From: Octopus sinensis
Taxonomy: Eukaryota
Direction: 5' to 3'
DNA: 64,000 nt
Assembly (NCBI RefSeq): GCF_006345805.1
Contig: NC_043002.1
Span: 80,972,001 to 81,036,000 of the forward strand
The notes under the pieces are model-generated. The model was given only the letters and a program-made list of their open reading frames with translations, ran no database searches and had not been told where the DNA came from. Position numbers and translations under genes: made by a program. This document shows positions 26,701-37,426 of this stretch, one piece after another. How positions within the stretch are numbered: the first letter of the stretch is position 1; every line of letters begins with the position of its first letter.

Positions 26701-27217
26701 TGTATGTATGTATGTATGTATGTATGTATGTATGTATGTATGTATATACACACACACAATATCGAACACACATACGCAAGGAATGTGCTTTTCTAGTTCG
26801 CGGCTAGGCTGCGTTTATAGGCTGAAGAAACTATATTCTCATCAATTCGCCGGCAAAAATTCAAATATGAATTAGAATCAGCTCGAGAGATTTAAACAAT
26901 ATCGAATACATATACAGACAATTTGCTGTTTCGTCGGTAGGCTGCGCTTTTCGGCGTAAGAGATTACATCTCATCAATTTACCTCATGTTAAAACACTTA
27001 AAATTCATAGACAAGGGAGATAACTCGCATCTTGTCCTATTACAGGAGCGATACACATGGATGTTTCGTCGTTCATGTGACTTGTGAGTACCGCATACCT
27101 GAAACGAGGGTCGATGCAAGCTAAATCGGTGTCTATGATTGTGTAAAATGGTGTTAGAACCATATCCTGGTATATCCCAACGTAACATACCAAGGAATAT
27201 ATATATAAACGAAAAAA

Positions 27218-27251
<34 letters not shown>

Positions 27252-27255
<4 letters not shown>

Positions 27256-27463
27256 TTTTTATTCTTTTATTTGTTTCAGTCATTTGACTGCGGTCATGCT
27301 GGAGCACCGCCTTTAGTCGAACAAATCGACCCCTGTACTTATTCGTTGTAAGCCTAGTACTTATTCTATCGGTCTCTTTTGCCGAACTGCTAAGATACGG
27401 GGACGTGAACACAACAATATCGGTTGTCAAGCGATGGTGGGGGGACAAACACAGACACACACA

Positions 27464-27527
<64 letters not shown>

Positions 27528-27690
27528 ATACGACGGGTTTTCAGTTTCCGTCTACCGAATCCATTCACAAGGCTTTTGTCAGCCCGAGGATATAGTTGAA
27601 GACACTTGCTCAAGGTGCCACACAGTGGGATTGAACCCGGAACCATGTGGTTTGTGAGCAAGCTACTTACCACACAACCACTCCTACGCC
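27252..27690 (-). mobile_element. SINE family A, complete, with internal (CA)n
   Basis: Reverse-complement match to 62491-62996 over both head and tail. Confidence 0.92.
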
Positions 27691-27894
27691 TATATATATA
27701 TATATATATATAACAAACGTGTTTTAATTTTTCTATGCCTACACCGTACCTACAACCAGCTCTGAGTCGGATCTACGGTTTAAGTTGAATTTGGTACTTA
27801 CATTTCTGCAGTCTCTTGCCAACACCTGATTCAATTATAGTGGCAGTGATCATAGATGGAGGATAAAGATCCTTCCTGAGTCATATATATTCAT

Positions 27895-28112
27895 AGAGCC
27901 GGTTTCCCGATTTCAGTAGCGCATGTATTTCCTCCTGAACGGGACGCCGGTTGGTCGCAGGATTACTCATTTTTGCCAGCTGAGCGGACAGAAGCAACAT
28001 AAAATGATGTGTTTTGCTCAAGAACACAACAGGTCACCCGGTCCAGCTATAGAAATCACAATCTTACAATCATGAGTCTAACACCCTAACCACTAAGCCA
28101 CGCATCTCCACG
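27895..28112 (-). mobile_element. SINE family C
   Basis: Minus-strand head GTGGCTTAGTGGTTAGGGTG. The tail is shared with 7740-7810 and the body matches 48880-49040. Confidence 0.8.
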
Positions 28113-28846
28113 ACCACTGATTATAAATATGAACAAAATGTCTAAAGATAATCCAAGAAAGCGTTCAGCTTTATAGTAACTAGACATACGACAGGCTCTG
28201 GCTTATGTAAAATATAGAGAATTGAAAACCTTCGATTAACTATGACTACCGATGCAAACAGTAAACAAAAAATCACAACAGGAGGTTTTTAATTCAATTT
28301 TTTTTCTTGAAACAAAGCAGGAACTCCAATAAGATCAATTGATCACAATTCTGGGGGCAACGTACACAATGCATATTACAATAGATATGATCTTTAGAGC
28401 CAAGACACACCACCACAAACAAGCAATATCTCTATTATTCCAACTACAAAACACGCAACCACTCTATATATATATAAGTATTTTCAACCAAGTAACCTCA
28501 GACTACATTTATTTCCACACACCTTTCTATGATTTGTGGTTTATGAAAAAAAAAAAGCAAAACAGAAGTGATTTTGAGGGAACTAGCTACAACCTATGTC
28601 GATGTTTTCAGAACAGAAGAAGAAAGAAAGGAAAAAATGTATTATGGAATACTAGAAGACTGTCTTAAGCCATTTTACTTGTTGAACCGTTTATAGTTGA
28701 TGATCACTTGTTATTTATCAATATTATTATAGTTCCCCTCTGCTAAACAACATCGCCCACTACAACCGTTTCACGTATACACTTACGCACATACATATAT
28801 ATATATATATATATATCATACATACATACACACATATACACACACA

Positions 28847-28927
<81 letters not shown>

Positions 28928-29087
28928 GACATAACAGTACCACAATTCTCATTTTAAATATTAGTTCAAAGGAAACCGAAAAAATATTATTAGCCTTTAT
29001 ATTACCCGTGCTCTCTCTCTTTTCCACCCGCTTTCTGTTTACATGCGCAATATATGTGCGTCTATATATATGCATACATACATGAAT

Positions 29088-29148
<61 letters not shown>

Positions 29149-29247
29149 TATATATACATACATGCATACATACATACATACCTATGTATATATATATACT
29201 TACATAGACACATATATTACATATATATATATATTTACATAATCTCT

Positions 29248-29291
<44 letters not shown>

Positions 29292-29388
29292 TAATGTGTA
29301 CATAACCGACAGATTATATTTAATAACATCTCACATACACACACATATATACATATATATGTATATTTATAGATATATGTATAGATAT

Positions 29389-29430
<42 letters not shown>

Positions 29431-29504
29431 AGCACATATATATATATATGCGTGTATTAATGTATACACGTATTCGCCATACATATACATATACATACAC
29501 ACGT

Positions 29505-29542
<38 letters not shown>

Positions 29543-29586
29543 TATCAGTTTGTATTACGTTCCCGCTACGTTCTCTTGCTCTCTTT

Positions 29587-29617
<31 letters not shown>

Positions 29618-29622
29618 GTCTC

Positions 29623-29674
<52 letters not shown>

Positions 29675-29895
29675 CTTCTCCCTCCCTGTCGGTATGTGTA
29701 TTCTCATGTATGTATACACTCACTTATTGCCCATATAATCGACTACTGAAAAAAAAAACTATACAGTTCGGATGACAACAAAACGAATATTAAGAACATC
29801 ACTTAGCAGACTAGTTTTGAAATTAGCCTTTAAAGAATCTCCTAAAAAAATATTAGGTTTTTGCCTTGGTGATCCTTGCCCCCACTTCTCTCTCG

Positions 29896-29935
<40 letters not shown>

Positions 29936-30163
29936 ATCTATCTATCTCTATCTCTATCTCTCCTCTTTTCTATGCTATTTCTTACTTTCACTTTCGTTCT
30001 TTCTATATTTTTTCTTCCCTGTCTCCACCCAATCATATAGCAGTTAATTCGATATTTGATGTCTAATATCTCTGATGTAATAATAGTACATATATATCTT
30101 TTACCAGTATTTCTTCCCTATATATATATATATTATATATATATATATATATATTATATATAT

Positions 30164-30213
<50 letters not shown>

Positions 30214-30444
30214 TGTATGTATGTATGTATGTTCCTCTACGTCTATCTATCAAGCTATCCATATACACACATACATTCATAAATACACACACACCACACA
30301 CATGTATATATATATATAATATAATATAATATAGATATATCATATATACATACACTCATGCATATATACTCATACATATATATATGTATACATACACATA
30401 CGTGTGTGTGTGTGTGTGTTGAAACCAAGGTTATGGAAACTATA

Positions 30445-31910
30445 AAAACCAAAACTTAAAGCTTTATTTTTGAAAGAAAATTGCTAAAGAAACAGTCCCA
30501 GTGCATTGAAAATAGACTCAAAGGATAAGTGAAATACTGAATGGGGAAAGCAAAAACAGTTTCTCCCCCACGGTCTGGAACAGATGCAAGTAACTCAACA
30601 AGATGAGTATTTTTATCACAACAGATATACATAGGGAGACAGTAGCGACCGATTACTTAGACACAAGCTGCAGTACTGACCATAGATATAATAAACCTAA
30701 ACTCAGCTACTGATCCTGATGGATTCTGAGGAATCCTTCTAAAAACATCGAAACCAGTGGTCATATAAAACAGAGTTTTATATGACTCTTACGGATCCAT
30801 ATAATATTTTGTTGCAAAACGTTTTTTGCAATATATTGCTTACACTTTTACAATACACAAAATATTTAACAATTTTTTTATACAATTCCTAATATTTAAT
30901 TATAAATATATAATAGGATTCATTAAACAATGAATGGCTATGAGTGTTCACCAGAATAAAATAGGGATCAAAAGGGACCACAGTTAAAAAAATGTTTGAC
31001 AACCACTGATCTAAGCATGCCCTGGCAAAACCACTGCGCCTTTCATTGAGAGCTTCCTTGCAAGTGGCAATTTTCCAGGAAAATTCAAGTAAGCTATAAT
31101 GCATTTCATTCATAAAGGCTGAAGCAGAGCAGATGCTGAATCTGAGAGGCCTATCTCTCTGACATCACACATTAGCAACGCGAACGAAGAACGATTTGTC
31201 AGAGGAAAGCTAATCACGCCCTTGAAGATAATGTCTTCTTAACTAGCACCCATCATGGCTTTCAACCAGGAAGAAGTAATTTGGTACAGCTCCTAGAAAA
31301 CCACGACAGAGTATTAAAATAGTTGCTCATCTATTCAAATATAAATATGCAAAAGCCTTTGATAAACTGAAGTTTGCTAAAGACTTTCATAAACTCAACA
31401 ATGGATAGATATGTTACTAACTGAGTGATCTCGATGCAATCGGGAAAATGGGTGACTGGTTGCATGGCTTCTAAAACCAAGAGTCATGCAGTAGTTGCTA
31501 ATGGAGTTTTGCCCTAGCAAGCAAATACAGTGAACGGATTACCGGAGGGTGCTGTCTTGAGGTCACTGCTGTTCATAGTAGCTCTTTCAGACACGTCTTC
31601 ATCTATTCAGATAGCCACCTTCACTAGCTATGCCGACGATACAAAATAATCACAGGTGATTAAGAATCTTAGAGACACTCCGCATTTGCAACATATTTTA
31701 AAACCATATATATAAATGCATTGAAGAAAATAATCAGTAATTCAATGCTAACAAAGTCCAAGCCCTCCGCCTATCAGCGTACAAAACTAAATGAAATGCA
31801 ATGCAAATAAAATACACTGGAGCAGGAGGGACTACTGTCCCAAATTTGCAATCAGTATATGATGCATATATAATCCTAAGTTGGCAATGAAATGAAGACG
31901 GCTGACTATT
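30445..31910 (+). mobile_element. Old RT relic of the same CR1/L2-group family as 1-2827
   Basis: Shares AAGTGAAATACTGAATG, CTCAGCTACTG and CCTATCTCTCTGAC with the reverse complement of 1-900. TATGCCGACGAT (YADD) lies near 31630. Many stops. Confidence 0.8.
30755..31008. mobile_element. hAT-like MITE nested in the LINE relic
   Basis: Ends are CAGTGGT and TTTGACAACCACTG. Flanks ATCGAAAC and ATCTAAGC match at 6 of 8 positions. Removing the insert restores LINE colinearity. Confidence 0.55.
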
Positions 31911-32237
31911 CATCCAATTTATCATTAAAGAGCGGTTAAAGGCGGCGACCTGGTAGAATCGTTAGCACGCCAGTCAAAATGCTTAGCGGCATTTTGGACA
32001 CGTAATTCGAAAAAATTATGCGTGTGTATGTGTGTATGTATAGGTATGCATGCTTGTGTGTGTGCAGCTTTAAATGTGAGACAGAGAGATATAAACAAAC
32101 TGAATTTGGACTATGAGTTTAAATTAACGGCAAGCAATTTATTGCCTTGATAAATTCTATGTCCTGTTCATGACCTATACACGCAAATTCCTATCATAGA
32201 CCTGCGTAATTTCACAAACCTTATGTATACAATTTAG

Positions 32238-32459
32238 ACAAAAGGATTAAATTGCACATCACTGTTAAATTGCACATGGCCTATATACGAGACATCTTTG
32301 TACGTCAAAGAAGCCATTTGCGAATTCACTGAAGATGCGAAGCCATTTGACATGAAATCCATCGTTGAGAAAACAGGAGACGCTTTCCAATCAGCAGTCC
32401 TTGGGAATATCACTTGGCATAAAAACGCATGGTGCAGTCATTCTGAGAATTATACGTAG
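32238..32459 (+). CDS. Candidate coding exon of an unknown extracellular-like protein
   Basis: 73 open codons follow TTTAG: TKGLNCTSLLNCTWPIYETSLYVKEAICEFTEDAKPFDMKSIVEKTGDAFQSAVLGNITWHKNAWCSHSENYT*. Four N-x-T sequons. No strong donor site. Confidence 0.3.
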   Translation, partial: TKGLNCTSLLNCTWPIYETSLYVKEAICEFTEDAKPFDMKSIVEKTGDAFQSAVLGNITWHKNAWCSHSENYT

Positions 32460-33197
32460 CCAATCGTCGCATACAGGATAGAAACAACGACCACGAAAAC
32501 TACTTCAATAACGCAATGAATTGTCCAAGATACTTATTACAGATTTATAACATTGAAACAAGGCTCGATTTTTTTTTTTTTTGGTGGAGGGGTGTAGTGG
32601 AGGGAGGAAGGTGGCGGATGGATGGAATCGAAACCAGTCCTTCACTGATTGCCATATTTCTATTCATTCACTGTGAGATTAGAATTCAGATCGTGGAGGG
32701 TTAAAACCAAATACAACTTTGGTATTTTCTATGCCGCTCTACAAATTAACAATATGTGTTTCTAAACAGTTACAAACAGTGTCATCTTCAGGTTTATCCT
32801 GTAGTTGCGCTACTATCGAAGCTCAGATCACCCATCGAACTTGTTATATTTCAAAGGAGCGTTGACACTATTTCTTTGGTACAGTATTTCAAAATGATCC
32901 TAGTTACAAAGCCACGAATATCATGAGGGTGATAAGTGTACTTTGAGACAGCGCTGAAAGAAACATTCTATCCATTATAAATGAGTCGCTAATGAATTGC
33001 CACTAGGTGTTTGTTTGCTTTCTCCAACTAAATGAAAAATATCAATTCGTTGAGAATCTCTTTCCTGTATCCATATAGATATTTGCTTCACCATTAGCTT
33101 GTTTGGCCTATTCATCACATTTATCTTAGTTTTATTTGTTAAAACGTTACAAAATGAACCTCTGACTCGCCTCTTCAGTTTTTGTCGTTGACAGAGC

Positions 33198-33231
<34 letters not shown>

Positions 33232-33234
<3 letters not shown>

Positions 33235-33900
33235 CAAATTTTAGCACAAGGCCGGCAGTTTTAGGGGGTGGGGGTACACTATTACATCAATCTCATACAT
33301 AAGTATCAACTGAAACTTATTTTATAGACCCGAAAAGGTTAAAAATGCAAAGTCGACCTCGGTGGAACTTGAACTCAGAGCGTAAAGAAATAGGAAATAC
33401 CACTAAGCATTTTGCCCAGCATGCTAACGGTTCTGCTAGATCGTCGCTTTAGTGTTCATTATATATTGATTTCAAATTTCTGCACAAGGTCATCAGTTTA
33501 GGGGAGGGAGTAAGTCTCTTACATTGACCCGAGTATTCAACTGGTATTTATTTTATCAACCCTGAAACGATGAAATGCAAAGTCATCCCTCGTTGGAATT
33601 TGAACTCAGAACGTAAAGAAGTACGAAACACCACTAAGCATTTCGCCCGGCGTGCTAACGGTTCTTATTTCTTTACTGCCCACAAGGGGATAAACATAGA
33701 GGGGACAAACAAAGATAGACAAAGGGATTAAGTCGATTGCATCGACCCCAATGCGTAACTGGTATTTCATTTATCGACTCCGAAAGGATGAAAGGCAAAG
33801 TCGACCTTGGCGGAATTTGAACGCATAACGTAGCGGCAGACGAAATACCACAAAGCATTTCGCCCGGCATGCTAACGTTTCTGTCAGCACGCTGCCTTAA
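33232..33900 (-). mobile_element. Three head-to-tail SINE family B copies (33232-33450, 33458-33665, 33666-33900)
   Basis: AAAGTCGACCT.GG.GGAA.TTGAAC and GCATGCTAACG-like motifs recur three times in the same orientation. Confidence 0.88.
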
Positions 33901-34200
33901 GCGGACGCCGAACTAAGGCATGCGACTTGAGGTTGAGATGCTTTTGGAAAACAACTCGGGTCCGGCTACGGTTCCGGCTTAGAGGCGTTCAGCCGTTATC
34001 GCTCAGAGGCAGCCTGGCACCACCGCTATATCGAGCGAGCGCGCAAACCGTTGCTCTGATCCCGTGGTTCCTCTCGTACTGGAACGGGATAGCCGTAGCC
34101 GTAGTTGACGTTGCGGGCGCCCGCCTAAGGTCAGCGGAAGCGTTGGCGGCAGTGACGGACGACGCGCAAGCGAGCCGCCACTGCGCACCGAACCCCCGAC
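33901..34200 (-). rRNA. LSU (28S-type) rRNA-derived fragment containing the sarcin-ricin loop; not a complete rRNA gene
   Basis: The minus strand reads ATCCCGT-TCC-AGTACGAGAGGAAC-C-ACGGGAT...CTGAACGCCTCTAAG. These are the universal SRL and the downstream conserved eukaryotic LSU motif, at the expected spacing. The segment is GC-rich within AT-rich DNA. Confidence 0.85.
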
Positions 34201-34729
34201 GCTAACGGTTCTGCCACAGCTCACCAACACAGACTTCACTATCTACCATACATTAAATAGTATTAGGAGTCAATTTCTCTCATGCCATAGACTTATGAGA
34301 AGTTATTTCCCTTAGCTCATTGTTGAATTTTTTTTTTTTTAATTACGAGGCCAGGCTCTATACAGCCCATTGCTAATTCTGCCATCTCAGCGCCATTCAT
34401 AGCGTTCACTATTACAGACATTTTATTATACATAAAATAATAATAGTATAAGTTAATTTCTCACAAAGCATCATCGTATCACTTTACTGTCATTAAAATA
34501 ATTAAATTATATTCCATGTCAGTGTTATTGATTTCTTCTCCTTTCTTTTAAATAATCTAATTTCCCCACCGCCGCTACAACAACGAACTTCCCTCACCTC
34601 TTACCACAGCTGTCACAATTTTTATTTTTCCTATTTTAAATATAAACAAACATTACAATTGTTAATGTATGTTTAAGCTCAGTGTGTATGTGTGGTGGTG
34701 ATGGAGGAGGTGATTGGTAACAGTACTGA

Positions 34730-34731
34730 TA

Positions 34732-34768
<37 letters not shown>

Positions 34769-35336
34769 CGATGATGACGATGATGATGACGATGATGACG
34801 ATGATGACGATGATGACGATGACGACGATGACGATGATGACGATGATGACGATAATGACGATGATGACGATGATGACGATGATGATGATGATGATGACGA
34901 TGATGACGATGATGACGATGATGACGATGATGATGATGACGATGATGACGATGATGACGATGATGACGATGATGATGATGATGATGACGATGATGATGAT
35001 GATGATGATGATGACGACGATGATGATGACGATGATGACGATGATGATGATGACGATGATGACGATGATGACGATGATGACGATGATGATGATGATGATG
35101 ATGACGATGATGACGATGATGACGATGATGACGATGATGATGATGACGATGATGACGATGATGACGATGATGACGATGATGATGATGACGATGATGACGA
35201 TGATGACGATGATGACGATGATGATGATGACGATGATGACGATGATGACGATGATGACGATGATGACGATGATGATGATGACGATGATGACGATGATGAC
35301 GATGATGACGATGATGACGATGATGATGATGATGAC

Positions 35337-35378
<42 letters not shown>

Positions 35379-35412
35379 GATGACGACGATGATGATGACG
35401 ATGATGATGATG
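34730..35412. repeat. (GAT/GAC)n compound trinucleotide tract, ~680 bp
   Basis: Seen directly; a GATGATGAC higher-order period dominates. Confidence 0.95.
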
Positions 35413-35459
35413 GTAACGGCTGTTGAGATTCTTGTGGCGGTGCTGCTGCTGCTGCTATG

Positions 35460-35497
<38 letters not shown>

Positions 35498-35936
35498 TTC
35501 GGTGTCAGTAGATTAGGCACTTGCGATAATATAGTGGTTTCATTTGATTGCATTTAACATTAAATGATGTTGATGTGCAATGTGCAAATGAATATTCTGC
35601 ACAACAGAAAAATTGATATACTTGTTATTACAGCGTAACGGCATTTTATGAATGGATTCATTAATAAATATTGATTATAGACACAAGAAAACAATTTAAA
35701 TAAGAAAGGCCTATATAATCGATTATATAGAAACTCGGTATATTACAGATAATTATATTTTTGTATCTTTTTAATACGTTGTTTCTTTTATTCTTTGTAA
35801 TTTTTTTTGTTTTATCGACCAGTGATTGGAGGAAAGCAAAGTTGACTCCATTTTCAATTTGAACTCTCACACCCAAATATGGGAATATATTTTTCTCAAA
35901 CAGTTATGAAATGAACTTTGAGACCAATATAGCCAT

Positions 35937-36088
35937 AGGTGCACATATGGCTGTGTGGTTAAGATGCTTCATTTACAACCGCGTAGTTTCAGGTTCATTC
36001 CCACTATGCGGCAACTTCAGCCTGTGTTTGGCACCAAGCGAACCAATCTTTTGTGAGTAAATTTAGAAGACGGAAACTGGAAATTCGT

Positions 36089-36092
<4 letters not shown>
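35937..36092 (+). mobile_element. SINE family A, head only, diverged
   Basis: TGGCTGTGTGGTTAAG...TGTGAGTAAATTTAGAAGACGGAAACTG, followed by (CA)n. Confidence 0.7.
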
Positions 36093-36129
<37 letters not shown>

Positions 36130-36147
36130 GTAGATATATACATATAT

Positions 36148-36471
36148 ATTCTGTAAATTATAATAATAGTATTTTATAGGCTTATAGCGATCACCGCGCG
36201 ATGACTAAAGAAAATAGTTTAATAATGGGGCATATAAGCCCTCGACGGGAAGAAGTAGGTTTTCCTGTGCACGTGGGACTCGAACACATATCTCTTTGTT
36301 TTCTCGACAAGACTGCTACCATTACACTAGCGCACCAACAATGTTCTCAGGAAAACCTACTTTTTTCCGTAGAGGGCTTATATGCTCCATTATTAAACAA
36401 TTTTCTTTAGTCATCGCGCGGTGAACGCTATATTTAAGCTTATACAATGCAATTAGTATTATTTACAGAAT
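36148..36471. mobile_element. Long-inverted-repeat (fold-back/MITE-like) element enclosing a tRNA-like cassette
   Basis: Arms of about 90-115 bp (TATAGCGATCACCGCGCGATGACTAAAGAAAAT...GTAGGTTTTCCTG and its inverse) surround an ~80-bp spacer. Confidence 0.8.
36266..36336 (-). pseudogene. Degenerate 71-nt tRNA-like sequence inside the fold-back element
   Basis: GGTGCGC-TA-GTGT-AATGGTA-GCAG-T-CTTGT-CGAGAAA-ACAAA-GAGAT-ATGTG-TTCGAGT-CCCAC-GTGCACA has canonical class-I arm lengths and A and B boxes. Stems pair 6/7, 3/4, 4/5 and 3/5. Confidence 0.7.
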
Positions 36472-36504
36472 TGTAAAAATCGACGCTGCTTAAAAAAACA
36501 TTCT

Positions 36505-36870
<366 letters not shown>

Positions 36871-36912
36871 TATATATATATATATATATATATAAATATA
36901 TGTGTGTGTGTG

Positions 36913-37103
36913 TAAGCTTAGAGCTTATGGCGATCACCGTGTAAAACTAAGGAAATTAGTCTAATAAAGGGGCATATAAGCCCTCGACAGAAGAAAGGCA
37001 AATTTCTTGTTCGCCTTCTTTTTTCTATCGAGGGCTTATATGCCCCTTTATTAGACTAATTTCTTTAGTCATTGCACGACGATCGCCATAAGCTTTAAGC
37101 TTA
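36913..37103. mobile_element. Second fold-back element of the same family, without the tRNA cassette
   Basis: Arms TAAGCTTAGAGCTTATGGCGATC...GGGGCATATAAGCCCTCGA and their inverse, homologous to 36148-36471, with a short spacer. Confidence 0.8.
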
Positions 37104-37202
37104 TATAAAAAAATACCATTATCATTATAATAATAGTACTGAGGAGCGTTGTAGTTCGCTTGAAACCTTGTAATATAGTATTAGAATAAAAAATGAAATA
37201 AG

Positions 37203-37309
37203 GAAAGCTTCTATCAATGCAGAGATAACAGTTGAAAGCCATTTATACATTTCGGGCGCCTGAAATATATAGATTTTCACCTTTCATCTCTGCGTTGTTC
37301 GAAGCTTTC
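37203..37309. repeat. Imperfect 107-nt hairpin
   Basis: GAAAGCTTC...GCAGAGAT...TGAAA pairs with TTTCA...ATCTCTGC...GAAGCTTTC. An inner TATACATTTC/GAAATATATA stem closes an 8-nt loop. Confidence 0.8.
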
Positions 37310-37383
37310 TTCACTTCGGGCCTTTGCACTCTAGTTTGTTAATGTTTTGGCCCACTTTCTACTCTCTATCTTTGTCCCTTTAG

Positions 37384-37426
37384 GAAACCTTAATGAAAGG
37401 AACAAGACAAAGACAATGGCCCCGGG
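37384..37426 (+). CDS. Candidate 43-nt internal exon
   Basis: Pyrimidine tract plus TAG acceptor at 37381-37383 and a GG|GTAAGT donor. Open in two frames (ETLMKGTRQRQWPR or NLNERNKTKTMAP). Confidence 0.3.

Noticed and set aside
26758-26990. Diverged ~140-bp direct duplication (CAATATCGAA...GGCTGCG...TCTCATCAATT x2)
   Set aside because: It is real but old and only two copies, with no coding or structural signal found.
33927-34239. GC-rich ORFs 33927-34205 (plus) and 34003-34239 (minus)
   Set aside because: They are open only because the rRNA-derived insert is GC-rich, and the rRNA motifs explain the sequence.
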